Origin: Selaginella moellendorffii
Taxonomy: Eukaryota; Plantae; Lycopodiophyta
DNA: 64,000 nt
NCBI RefSeq assembly: GCF_000143415.4
Contig: NW_003314386.1
Span: 274,791-338,790, forward strand
Direction of reading: 5' to 3'
The notes beneath the pieces are model-generated. The model was given only the letters and a program-made list of their open reading frames with translations. It was not told where the DNA came from and searched no databases. Position 1 is the first letter of the stretch, and each line of letters begins with the position of its first letter. Shown here piece by piece: positions 45,700-58,434 of this stretch. Both the position numbers and the translations under genes were made by a program.

Positions 45700-48600
45700 C
45701 CATTTACCTCCCTGGCAATAGCCACAAGCCATTCCCTTTTAGGGGTAGGATAGGTGTAGTGCACTGTAGGATAAATTTTAGGTACATGCAAAGGAATTTT
45801 TTATTTTAAAATAAAGTAGATTTATCAATAGTAGCATCTAAATTGATGTGGCTGATTATATCCAAGAAACAAGGTGGGTTATCTTTCAGGCATCATTATG
45901 CACCTTTTAAATTAGAAATTCAAAATGATCTTTGTGAAGTGATCCTAAGAGAATGGCTTTGAAAATGGAAAAGTTGTAAATATTACATTCTCTCAAGAAA
46001 GTAAGTGGGTAGTAAATGGCAATAGGGTTTTGATTAGAGATTTTAATGTGGCATATGTTCAAGTTGAGTTAAATCAATAACAAAGCTTCATTGATAATGT
46101 AATTGAAGTGACACAAGTTTGCTTTATTCATGTTTTTGTTCACATTATATAACATTCACACTTGTTATTTTTACATTAGCAGGTTGCTGATTGTATTTGG
46201 AATCTAATACATGGAGTGGAACAAGAATTTCAAAGGTGGGGTAAAATTAGATATCTTAAAGAATTTGATCTCATCTCACTTGAAGATTGAGGGATATAAA
46301 CTTGCTATAAAAACCACTTTTTTAGTTGGTAGTGACTTAAGTTCCTCCTTGGTTTCATCAGCCTCTATGAACTAATAACTCATGGATAAAACAATGGAGA
46401 AAGTTGCTAAGACTTGCAAAGAGTTAAGCTACAAATTTATTCTTTAGCCAAATTGTTAATTTCAGCAATTTAGAGAGCATAAAAATTCATTGCACAATGT
46501 GCAACTATATGGTTTAACTCTTTCTATAATGGGGTAAATACTTTATCATTGTGTTCATTTCAAATTTAATTCATTCTTTAGGCTCTTATACTCACAACAT
46601 AAAGCAACATTTTGTCTTCAAATGTTATGTCAAAACAATCATGCAAAGCACTATAGATCGCAAAGCAAAGTGAAAAATTAATAATCTGGATGTTGATGGC
46701 CGCCCCTGCAAGTTTCTTGTTACTGATCCACAACAGCCAAGTATCACTAAATTCTTTCCAACAACAAGTAAATTTACTTCTTTGATTAGTTTTTTAAAAT
46801 ATAGCAATACAAAATGGAGTAGGGACATTCTCAAGTAGTAAGTGATGAGAATGTTATAAAATCATGTTATAATTTGAATATCTTTTATTTGTGTTGAAAT
46901 GGTGTCATAATTATTAGGGATATCATTTTCCAACATATATGTATCACAAAAAGCCATTTTTATAAGATAAACCAGGATTGGTTCGCTAAGTTGGAAACTC
47001 GACAAATTATGATTTATCTTGGAATAAAAGTTAATATTGAAAGTACTTTTCGTCATAAATCATGCCTTTGAGTTGATTATGAAGGTTTTTCAAATCTAAT
47101 ATGCCTGAAGTGTGCTTTAGTTCCTATGGAAAATGGCTTTAGAATGCAAGTTGCTCACTAAATCAAGTTAAATGATAGAGGTGGTGTTGCTAGAGGTTCA
47201 AGAGTGGTTGCATATGCTAATTATCGACTGTATACTTTATCATCAAAAAAGCTTTTTGCTAATGCACGATCAAAGCATCAATTTATAGATAGCTTGAGAC
47301 TCAAGTTATGAAGCAACACCAGAGAATAACTGTCTTGTCAATGAAAGTTCAAGGTCTTAGTGAGCATTGTTTAGAGGATTTAACTCGCATGGATACTAGA
47401 AAATTTTGCAAGGACATTTGTGATGCAACAAGGCATGGCAAATTTGAAAGGAAGACAGGGTTTTAGAATTTTCTCATGGATATATCTAGAAACTTGTCTT
47501 GGGTAACAAGTGGACAATGATAGAATACAAGCTCGAAGTAGATTTTTGAGGCTAATTGAATCCATAAAAGAGCACGAATGTATGATTTTATATCCTTAAA
47601 CTTTGTTGGGCCAAGTACTTTTATGACTAGATGAGATATGAGAATGATGCTTCACTACAATGTTGGAGTGTAGGTATTTTTCTATAGTTTTTTGAAATTT
47701 TTATACACAAACTAAGCATTGAGTTTATAATTTTACATATTAGAAATTTTTTGTTAAAGTAAGGGTAAGAGAGGAAGGATACAATAACATTACAGTAGTT
47801 TTTGACAATTTCCAACAAGTTCATTATGGTTGTGTGCCTATGATGAACCCGCTATGCTACAATCTGCTAAAGTTAGTTTTTGTTATCCAACTTACTTGCA
47901 ATAGGTATTTAGAAATCTTAGTTGTGATTATAATAACTTTAATTTTACGGGTTTGATAACATGGATATTTAGCATCAATGGGAGTGAGTACACGATGCTT
48001 GGGACAAAAGTTTGCGGCAAGTTCTCGGCCCGATAATTGGCCATGCATCTGATAGTGATTCAAGGCATCAAAAATTAATGCTACAAGACTACACAACTAA
48101 AGATGGTGGTTGTTTTAAAATTGATTGGGATGGCTGTGTTTACAACATTACAGAAAGAGGATGGATCTATTTATGGACTACATGATCAAGACTTTATCCA
48201 CAATGGCAAAAAAACTTGTCAATCCACTAGATTCTTCAAGAAATCTTATCCTTGGGAAGTTATTAACAACACTAAATCATGTTAAAGAGGTCTTTGTTGC
48301 TCTTCCAAGACATGAACATAGCTTGAATTAAGATGATGTGGATAGGAAGGACTATCAAAATTGAGCTGCTGCATAGAGACTAGCATTTAAGAAAGTTCAA
48401 GCTTGCATATGCATGCTACGGGGTGGTGGATCCCAACCAAGTGAACTTAGTGAAGGAATTAAAGTGTACTTAAGTATTGTGGCAGATTACATTGACATTT
48501 TCTTGTCTCTAACTAGAAGGCTGTATCAAAGTTGCTACAAAAACATCTTTCTTCTTCAAGTTTGCTTTGTTTATACTTAGAGATTAATTTCAGTTCTTTT

Positions 48601-49400
48601 TTGTGTATAGGCTGTGATGACTTTAGATATTGCAAGACAAAGCTTAGAACAACTTCATTTCAAATGAGATTTTTTTGGATATTCAAATTAGTTGCCACTA
48701 CAATGTTCTTCTTATCAAGTTATTCATAGATAAATATTGAAAACACCACATTCCTCTAGATGAGACAGAATCAAACTGTTGTGAGTCATTTTTCAACAAG
48801 ATTGATGGTATGGTGAGAAACTAGTGAACTTATGACTCATTTGATTTGTTGGATAGTGCTGGTTCTATAAACCAAATTGTTGAGATAAAGGTTACATCAA
48901 TTTTAAAGTTTCCAGCTTCACATGAGAAACAAAAATCTATATGGGAATATTTAACAAAGACTTGAGAAGTAACAAGGAGGAATAGTTGCATTGAAGCTGA
49001 CTGATTATATAGGTATGTCTTTGTTAAATATTTTTTAATCTTACTCTCTTTATCAAGTATAGAAATAGATTTGAAAATTATGCAAGCTCTTCAAGCCGGC
49101 TTGCTTGAGGCAAAAGGTTTACTCTGTTTTTTAAGTATATCTCTACCAGATTCCAAGTGGAGCAAACCTTGGAAATATGAAGATTTTTTTCACAAAAAGG
49201 TAGCAAAAGCGCTAGAAGCTGTGAATGGAACAGATGATAAGGGAGATGTTCTAGAAGAGGTGGAAAGCAATATCACTTATGATGATGAAGAGCTAGCAGC
49301 ATCATTGGAATTACAGCATACTTTTGATAGTATGATTGATGAAGAGGCACTGCCTCAACCACAAATGCCACAGCAGGAAAAGTTCAAGCTGTTTGTGGAT
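45700..49400 (+). mobile_element. Degenerate DNA transposon, P-element/THAP9-like DDE transposase
   Basis: Across frameshifts: HYGCVPMMNPL..LKLVFVIQLTCNR (~47822-47905), IIGHASDSDSRHQKLM (48033-48080), GLHDQDFIHNGKK/LVNPLDS (~48175-48235), DRKDYQN*AAA*RL (~48340), NFISNEIFLDIQISCH (48651-), NCCESFFNKIDGMVRN (~48774-48821). AT-rich, many stops; ends undefined. Confidence 0.65.
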
Positions 49401-50409
49401 TGATGGTGGATACGATCTTAAATTTTTCTGTCCTCAGGTTGCTCTGTTGCCAAAAGCTGAAAACTCTCTAGCCGAGGTTGTGAGGGTCGGTATTCATAGC
49501 AATGCCGTTTATGGCAAGTTGGAAGATTTCTGGACTTCTTGCGATGCACGCAATGCTGGAAACTGCAGGTATGTGTCGAGACAAAGTTTGTCAAGGCCAA
49601 CGGTGTCCATTCCAGGCGGATTTTCATGGAGACATTCAAGACAATGTATGGCTTAAACAAAGACCAACTGGAGCTTCCAACGATGTCATCTGGTGTCTGG
49701 TCTAGCAAGCATTGCTGGGCTATGTCTACCTCATCTTTTGTGGAGTTCGTCATGTTTTCCTGGTCTATTGCAGTTTGTGGCACATACTCCAACGAAATAT
49801 CTTCTTAACTGGTTATCTTGTCCTAGGATGTTCGTGGACGCTCTCGATTCTCAGCTCGACGTTGAATATCACGATCATGGAAACTGTCCTCTTGCAACCA
49901 CTCAACTGGAGGTATGGTACAACCTCGAATTCTTGTGGCTGTGAGTTCTAAATACTAAATATCTTAGGCTCAACACTGCTACTGCCGTTTACTTGAGGTC
50001 CTGGTGAACGTTTGGGCGTATCACAGTGCCAGGAGACTCATCTACGTGGATTCTGAGACGGGTATAATGATGGAGCAGAACGCTCTCGAGAGCCGACGCG
50101 GGCATGAAAGTCAAGTGGTTCAGCTTTAACGTGCTCAAGGGAATGGACGAAGACATGGCCGAGAAAGTTGACGACGAGCATCCTACGTACCGGTGGCTCT
50201 GGCCACACACGGGAGAAGTGTTCTGGCAGGGAATTTTGGAGAGGGAGAGGCAGGAGAGATACAACATGAAGTTGGAAAGGAAGCGCAGGAACAAGGAGAG
50301 GCTGGCTAGAATGTGTAGCCGTTACAAGCAGAAGTCTCTGGGCCGCTATGTGAAGTCACCACCGGAAGAGATGGAGCAAGATCAAGCTGTGAATACTGCT
50401 GCTCGGTGA
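49396..50409 (+). pseudogene. BUP-like gene copy 4 (3' exons only)
   Basis: Same 5' breakpoint as copy 3 (GTGGATTGATGGTGGATAC); frameshift near 50103. Confidence 0.85.
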
Positions 50410-50679
50410 ACAGATTTTTGGGTGATTGTTTGAGAGCCAGGAGAGCTCTTTCGACGCAAATTGTATACGGCAAGTAAACTTTTTAGTGTACATATTCAGT
50501 GTCATTGCTATTAATGAGATTTTCCAGCGTGATTCTTGGAAACTCTAGCTCACTGGACGTTTCCCTCCAAACGACCAAAGTTTTGTCTAGCGCTGAAGAA
50601 TCCGATCAAAACACGCTTGAGTGAAGAACAGGCAAGAATATAGCTCCAGCAAAACCAGGACAGGGGGAATTGATCTATA

Positions 50680-52330
50680 ATGGGTGCTGTGTTGCTCGCA
50701 ACTCTGGAGCAGTTCACCATGAACTTGGGAAAGTTTATGTTCCTGTGCGCGACTGTGGTTCTCCTGGGGGGATTCGTGAACGATCTGAAAGTCTGTGACT
50801 TCTACTACGTCACTTTCCTGCTCGTTAGCTATGGCATCAGGAGCTTCCGGTTTCTCAACTTAGCCGAAGGCTTAAGGAAACCAAAGGTGAACAGCCGCCT
50901 GGTCCTACTCTTCATCGTCCTCTTTGTCCTCATCCCCGTCCTGGTATTCTTCGTGATGGTCGTGCTTCTCTTGCTGCTGCTTCTCAGATTCTTGTATAGT
51001 GCTCGCTCCCAGAGCTCATTCGTCATCATCTACAACATGGCCCTGGAGATCGTTCTGGCTCTCGTCAGCCTTGGAACCACGATCCTCTGGCTACCACAGC
51101 ACCACAAGTATCCAAAGTCCAACGAGTTCGTCGCAATGATCAGCTTCTTCTCGATCGTCATTGCCGAGTCGAGCTTGTTCCTGTGCATCCGCGGCTGCTG
51201 GGAGATCATATCAGTGAGGTACAAGCAGGCGAAGAAGAACAGGGACCGACCGAGATTTCTCCTGGAAACTAAGTCCAAGTTCTTCGTTGCCGTGTACGAG
51301 ACGACGTTGAGAGATGGAGCCATCAAGGGGCTAAGGATGAACTTGGTCGACTACGTCGCGAACGAGTTCTTGGAATCGAGAGGCAACCGGGAGCTGAGGA
51401 AGAGCTTGCTGATGCTGGATGCGGTGTGTCACTGGGAAGAAGAAGATCAGAGAAAGCGAAGTGGGAAGCTTCTCTTGGCATCCAAGCGTGAAGTTGTGGA
51501 GCGGCTGTTCGAGTGCATGAGCCACAAGTACTATCTCATCTACCGGCGAGCGGCGATTTCTCTAGTGGCCGAGATCTGCGAAGATGAAAACGCCTTCTTC
51601 GCTGTGGCACACGTCGTCCAGGCCAGTGATGGAGGCGTCTCGCTTCTGGTGAAAGCGCTGGAGCCGGATACCAACAAGTCGGTGCTGGAGCTGCTAGGAA
51701 AGCTTGCGGCATTTGGAGGGATTACCAATGCCGAGCCGGGTGTGATCGCAAACTTTGATTTTTCTCAAGGGGATATGCACAAGAAGTGGAAGGATTCTCT
51801 CAGGAATGGAGAATGGATCATCTCCATCGATGCAGGAGATGATCCTGCCAGGGTGCCAGAGATCCAGAGCTCCAAGCAGAAGATCGCAAAGAATTACTCA
51901 GAAAGAATCACGACTTGACAAGGTACCTCGCGAATGCTCTCTTTTGTTCCTCCCAGGAGCTCCAGGAGCTAGCTCTAGACGCTCTCGCGGCATTGCTAGC
52001 CTATGATCCCAGCGATGGTGATCTTCTCCCTGGCTACAAGAGCGTCATCTGTGGATTGTTCCAGCTCCTCCGTGCCTGCCAAGCTGATCCACTAGGAAGC
52101 AAAGTGGCAGTAGTGCTGGATCTTCTCTGCCGCAAGAATCGCCAGTACCTGGAAACGCTGCTCGATGGATGTTATAGCAGTTCTCATGAGCGCGCTCTCC
52201 TTTGGTTTGGATCATCACGATGGCGAGAGGAGCAAACATACAATGTCGATTCTGTGCAGCCTCCACGACCAGAAGCTGTTGAGCGTGGAGCAGGAGAAAG
52301 CGTGGGACATTGCAAAGATCGTGGACATGG
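50680..52330 (+). pseudogene. BLE2-like TM+ARM copy E
   Basis: Open to ~51890, then frameshifting deletions (~51893, ~52168). Homology to the other copies stops at KIVDMV. Confidence 0.85.
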
Positions 52331-52549
52331 TGAGCTTTGGAGGTCATGACTTGGTGTTTTCACAACTTCAACTCCATAATCCTCAGTAGAATTTGAGGTC
52401 ACACACTTTAACATTACTGATCTTGTTCTCTCTAGATTCTTCTTTTTTTCTTTCTTAATCTTCCCAATTTAAAATGACATGCTGATAATCTAATAAAATT
52501 CACACTGATAATTTTTACTGCTACTGTGAGATTCTACTCCTCATGGCTA

Positions 52550-54127
52550 GTGCTCTTTTGGCACAATGCCTGGTTTAATTATGCTTCCAATCAGGCCGAT
52601 CTCGTTATGCATTCCTACCATTTTTGCCAAACAAAGCAAAAAATGTGGTAAATGGCCATGCATACCAATATATATATATGCTTTAAGAAAAAGTCGCATA
52701 AAGATTATTTTGTGCATCAATTTTGCAAAGATGGTAGAGAGTATCATACTAGATGCCATCAGCCACTGGATAACCATCTAGTGCAAATATAGTAGTCAAT
52801 AAAAAGAAGGTGGAAAAACCTTTGGTTGGATGCTATGCCAACAGAAAAAATTATTTGACTAGCACCTGGAACATGGAACATCTTCTTGAGGCATTTATGT
52901 GAGCCATTAGGAAGTTTGATGACCAGCCTTCCATGCCCAACAACTGTGAGTGTTCTCATGTACACTGCAGAATATGCATTGAAGCCTCGGAATCCATCAA
53001 AAAGGTTTCAGCTTTTGATCCCTAAAATGAGCATCATGAGAAGGGTATTCATGCATGGGTTCTTCTTAGAAACTCTCTTGAGGCAGCGTGATTTTGCCAC
53101 CGTAAGAACAAGGGTCTTTGTGTTTTTTTGGTAGTGTTGGTGCCAGATTGGGAAGAAGAGTTGTTGCGCCTCCCACCTGTAAACTTGCAAGATCAACAAA
53201 GAACACAAGAACAACACTTGTAGCATACTTGCGATGCTTCCGCTATTGCAAGAAAGCCCATTTCTTTTTGTCTCCAGAGGGCTTGCTACTGATATACAGA
53301 GCCTGCTCACAAGCAGCATCCCTAGAGACCTTACTGTGTTCCCTCATCTTGCGCTCTTCTTCAACAAAGCCGAGTAAACTGTCTCAAGCGTTTGACCTGG
53401 AATGAACAAGAGCATAGACGAGAACTGCTGTAACTCTGGGGCAACAGAGCAAAGGATGAGCGCCTTTGCTTGTTCTTCTGAGACCGGACCTCTTTGAGTT
53501 CAGCCATGAGTCCACGGGCTAGGTTGCAGATCCATGTGCATGTTCAGGAACTTCTGGATAAGCATGACTTTGGCATTCTCAACCTTGGCTGAGAAGACAG
53601 CGAGTACTTCCCAGTTTGCATGTGCATTTCTTTGCGAAATCGAGCAAGTGCACGTATTTGTCACAGATAGCGCCTTGCAATTGTGACTCTCCCATGCGGG
53701 TCGAAGCGCGAGGTCCACAGGTTTAAGCTCTGTTCCCCAGCAATCGAACTCTCATACGCCATATTGCGAAACTTGTTCCCATAAATTTATTAAGCATCTT
53801 TTCCCAACCATCCCAGGTTCCAGAATAAGATCCTGGATTTGCAGGAGGTGGGGGAGGAGGAGGAGGAGAGCCATTGTTTAGAGACTAGAGACAAATCATT
53901 GCATTTGTTCCCTCCTCTTGTGCTCCTGGATTTGGCGTTCCACTCTCACAAGTATTGCGAGCGCTCACGTCCTCTCTTCTTCATCGGTCGGTATTCTCTT
54001 GCACCAGTCCATTGGATTATAGTCAACCTGATACCATTCTCAGTTAACTTCATAAATACCTCGCTATGTGTCTGTTAACGTTTGGCTGAGGTGGATCGCT
54101 GATGTGGTGTTCTTGTGTTTTCCCACA
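52550..54127 (-). mobile_element. Ty1/copia 5' fragment (LTR, PBS, gag-protease), duplicate of the element at 41795-44466
   Basis: LTR start TGTGGGAAAA at 54127; tRNA-iMet-type PBS TGGTATCAG at 54036-54028; GHGRLVIKLPNGSH; same outer flank as at 44467. Confidence 0.85.
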
Positions 54128-54298
54128 TTTTGGCGGGCCGTGCCTACGATGTCTTAAGCTGCGCTTCTAATCCTAGTTTTACAATTCTTTATCAACTCTA
54201 TAAATTGCAAGAATTATAATATCATATCTGTAGGTTCATGCACATTAGAACTACAACCCACTCAAATCTGGACTCGAAACTTGATCTTGGTAAACTTG

Positions 54299-55467
54299 TT
54301 ATAACGGACCTTTGTTGCTAAAGCCATTATAGAAGTTTAGAATTTTCCCCAGCTCAACGTTTCCTGAAGGCTTGGCGCAAGGTAACGAAATTGAAGATGA
54401 GGTAAAAAGTATACGTAAACAGTTTTCTTTATCTATGCTTAAAAAATTTTACAATGTTCTCAAGTGAGTGAATAGTAGTGAGGCCTACCTTGTTGTCCAC
54501 GTGAATTCTTGAAGAAATAGACAAGATCTCTAGCTCGTTCGACGGAGATATCCTCTTTGGCTTGTGCATGCCCCATCATGCACTTTCGATACGAGAAATC
54601 AATCTCACTTTGATCTTGTCGAACTATGAAGAAACACCGGCTGCCAAACTCGGGATGAACATCCACCTGGTATGAAACGAAAGAGAATGCAAAAACTTGG
54701 GGAGAAAAATAGAGCATATGCTTGCAAACCTTGATGTAAGAAATACCACATCCAACCTTGATTTCACGCTCCGGATGGTATGGTATCGCTTCCTCTAGCA
54801 AGATGAGCTCGTCTTCATTTCCTAGCCTCTCACCAATGTTGTATCTTAGACACACCAAGAAAAACAAGAGTTTTAGAACAAAACTATTCTTTTTTCCACT
54901 GACCTCAAGTGTAGGATGTGTCGAATCGTGAGCACCAAATGCTCAAACATGTCAAACTCAATGTCCTCTTCGCTCCTGTCTTCGTCTGGATCTGGCAGCT
55001 GGAAAGACAAACATTTAGAAGGAAAACGATTAAAACTCAAGAAGAACGAGGACACGTAGTTTTCTTACGGGAGGTGGCTCGCTGTAGAGGAGCCTCCTAC
55101 GCATCTCATCTCGAAAGTTGTCACTGGAAGGATCGGGCACTTGATCTGAGGAGCCTGGCCGAGTATCGGGCTTGTCGGGAAAGTTCTCCAGGAAGCTCAA
55201 GATCCTGCTTTGATCCACCTCCTCCTGCTGCTGCTGGTGCTTGCCTTCTGGAACTGGAATCGGCTTTGGCTTGGGGCTGAGCTGTGGAAATCTCTCCTCG
55301 TCAAAGAATCCAAAGCTCTCTTGATCCGCGGGGAGGCATCTAGCCGGAGGGAGAAGGAAGAATTGGCGAGTTACACTTCGCTTCTGGGTCCTAGCTCTCC
55401 CGCAAAGCCTGGGCTGCGCTTCAATGGCATGGAAGCTCGAGGAGCACGTAAGAACACAATGCTCCAT
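54299..55467 (-). CDS. DCL: DCL (Defective Chloroplasts and Leaves, DUF3223/DeCL domain) protein, probably plastid-targeted; multi-exon
   Basis: Transit-peptide-like N-terminus; IRHILH..YNIGERLGNEDE..YHPEREIKVGCGISYIK|VDVHPEFGSRCFFIVRQD..DFSYRKC is the DUF3223 signature. Last exon and stop are tentative. Confidence 0.85.
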
Positions 55468-55706
55468 TTCCTGAATTCTATCGATCCCTCGCTAGCTAAG
55501 GTGATTTTAGCTTACGCCAGAGCGACCCAAATTCGCTGCTGCATCGCCCACCAGTCCGATCGATGCCGCGGCGCCATTGCCCGTGGAGAATGCGCGAGAG
55601 AAGTGAGAGAAAGCCCTAAGTCGAGAGATCGTCTTATCTTTTTGGCGCGCTAATCTAAGCCGTTGGATTGAGACATAGCCCTACTTCCCCTGTTTCTTAT
55701 CTTTCC

Positions 55707-56367
55707 ATGGCTGCAATCCAGCTCGTCGCGAATCGCGCTCCATGCCCGCCGGCGACGATCGGCACTTCCAGGTTCGTGGGCAGCGAGAGATTCACGAAGA
55801 AATCTAGCAGCAGCAGCAGCAATGGAGGATTGGGAGTGCTTCGAATCAAGAAAAGAGTCGCGGCGACGACAGCCATGGCCGGGGAGCTCGCCTCCAATGC
55901 AGCATCTGTCTCGAGCAGCGCAATGTCGGATTTCGCAGACATGGTCAGTGCTTAGAACTGATAGAACTCTTTGGATCTGGTTATGAGATCTTCATTCTTG
56001 CTCCCAAATCCACAGCAAGAGCGCCGGTTCCGGGATGATATGATGGTCATCATGGATCGCGATGGATTCCCAGCCGAGATCAGGCCCAAGATCGCCGACC
56101 TTTGCACGCCGGTGTGGATCTCGCTCCATTTTCTTTGGACGTTCTTCTAGAGGCTGGATTGAATCGCGATGGTTTTCCTTCCAGGTGTTTAGGAGGTACT
56201 GCGCGGCTTACAAGGGCACTGTTCCTCCGGAGCCATTCGTAGAGATGAGGCGGTCGCTGGAAGAGGCGGAGATTGAGCGCTACGTCGACGTTTTGTGCGC
56301 AGCGATTGGATGGGCGCGGTGGAACATGGCCAAAGATTTCCGGGCCTGGTATGCAACTCTCAAGTAG
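55707..56367 (+). CDS. Small unknown protein (~170 aa), probable plastid transit peptide; 3 exons
   Basis: MAAIQLVANRAP...SSSSSS transit-like start. In-frame GT-AG introns 55944-56015 and ~56112-56184 give QERRFRDDMMVIMDRDGFP...VFRRYCAAYKG...WARWNMAKDFRAWYATLK*. Confidence 0.7.
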
Positions 56368-56768
56368 AGCGTGTGGGATCAAAGTTTTATACGAGAGACT
56401 TTTTACTTTCTCCGAGACAAGATGGATCTCTTCTTCGCCCACAGGCCTTAGAGATCCAAAACGAAAATCTAAAGTAAAAGCTGCATTTATCAAGGGCTTG
56501 GTAATTGCCATGCCATGGTAAGCGTCTTTCTCCTGATTCCCTCGGCAAATAACCTGCTTATGATACTAGAAAAGAAAATCAAAATCTTTGAAGTAGTTTA
56601 CTCACCGCTGCACCATGATTTCTGGTTTGCAAAATAAAATGATAATAACAAAATCAAAGTCAGCTAACACAAATACTGCAAATATCCAGACCGGGCAAAA
56701 TAAATATAAGAGTTTTAGATGGCATTTAAAGGAAGATTTCTTAGAGCGCTGACATAGCAATTGCCATT

Positions 56769-58434
56769 CTATGGAGCCTTAAGAATTTCGACTCCAACGT
56801 ATCTGCAAAAGCTCCACGAAAGTTAGATAGACAGTGATCCACTTGAAAACAATATAGAGTACCTTCCAAGCATCATCACTGTTGCTTGAGGATTGGTTCC
56901 CGGTGTTGATAAAAACGTAGATCCATCCACGACTCGCAATCCTTTCAATACCTTAACCCGGAAGCTCCAGTCGACCACCTCTCCAAGCGGGCATCCTCCA
57001 TGGTAGTGGTAATTAGTCGAAACATTCCGCCGGCAAAACTCGCTGATGGTTCTATTCACAGATCCACTCGCAACAAGCGTTGCATTTCTTCGATCCGGGG
57101 AAGAGACCGTGCCTCCAGATGGAAGGGACTGATTGCCAAACACCAGCGCCGCCATGGATCGAGAGAGCACCATCTCCTCCAAAGTGTTGACTCCAGCAAT
57201 GCAGCGTTGTAGATCCACCGGGTTCTGGAAATAGTTGAATTTCACTCGGGGAGTTTCACTCGCGTTTGTGCTCTTGAGGAAGAGCTCGCCTGTTGATAGA
57301 GGGCCGTTTACCTCCCCGGCAATAGCCCCCGAGTCTTGACTCAAAACGTATCCTCCAGCGCTAAAGTTTGACGTGCTCACTCCCACCACTTGCTCAATCA
57401 GGCTTCCAACAGGAATGCGAGAGCGTAGCAGGATGGTGTTTGTAGGATTATCACCCATCCCCTTCCCTACCATAGGCAGATCCAAGATCACTGGAATTCC
57501 TATCTCCTCAAGGTGAGCTTTCGGACCAACACCGCTTAGCATAAGTAGCTGTGGACTTCCCAGAGCACCCGCAGAGATTATAACTTCACTTCTTTTAGAG
57601 CTGAGAAGAGCTGTGTGAGAGCGGCCAAGATTGTCAGTGTATAGAACTCCACGACTGCGTCCTCCTGTGAAAAGGATCAAGATCGATCGCAAAGAAACGT
57701 TGCTGTCACGAGAACTTACCTTGTAGCAAGACTTTATAGACACTGGCATGGAGCAGCACATCGATGTTCTTGCGATTTGCATAAGCGAGAAGAAGATCCG
57801 AAGATGGATGACGCCGTCCGTGGCTATCAAATGTGTTTCCAGTCGTTTTTGTTCCAACAACGTACTTGTAGGTGAAACCAAAATCTGGCGTCACACCGAC
57901 TTCGAGCAGTGCTCCACGGATGGAATTCTGGAAAGCACTGAAGTTTCTTGGCCTGGATGCCACCACTTTCTCCACCCAAGCGTATGAGCTCTCGACCAAG
58001 TTCTTGTCGAGCTTGGCATCGCTGATAAACTCGTCTGGAGCACGATTGTAGACGGCTCCATTGATGCTGCTGCCTCCTCCCAAAACATTTGGCCTGATGC
58101 TTGCCACGCCATCCTCGGATGTGAATGCCTGATTGGGAGCCTCCAATCCACCCGGGTTGGCGAAGTTGGTCCCAGAGTTCTCGATCCGCAAGAGCAGCGG
58201 ATTTCCATACGGGGAGCCGCCTCGCTCGAGAACAAGAACTTTGTAGCGCTGAGATAGGGTTGCAGCGATCGCACAGCCAGCAGTTCCTCCTCCAACAACG
58301 ATATAGTCATACTTCTGCTTTAGAGTTGTGCTGTTTGCTTCCCTGATAAATGAAACAGTGCCATCATCGTTGGCCTCGATTATCCTGAGCATGCAATAGA
58401 TCACTACAATGAAGGACACGTAAAACTTCAACAT
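56769..58434 (-). CDS. GMC oxidoreductase, HOTHEAD / mandelonitrile-lyase-like; 3 exons
   Basis: Signal peptide; YDYIVVGGGTAGC, VLGGGSSING, VIISAGALGSPQLLMLSGVGP, YHYHGGC, GLRVVDGSTF..PGTNPQATVMMLGR|YVG. Confidence 0.95.

Noticed and set aside
49071-49403. 110-aa acidic ORF as a stand-alone gene
   Set aside because: It is the C-terminal part of the transposase relic; the homologous copy at ~36060-36370 has stops.
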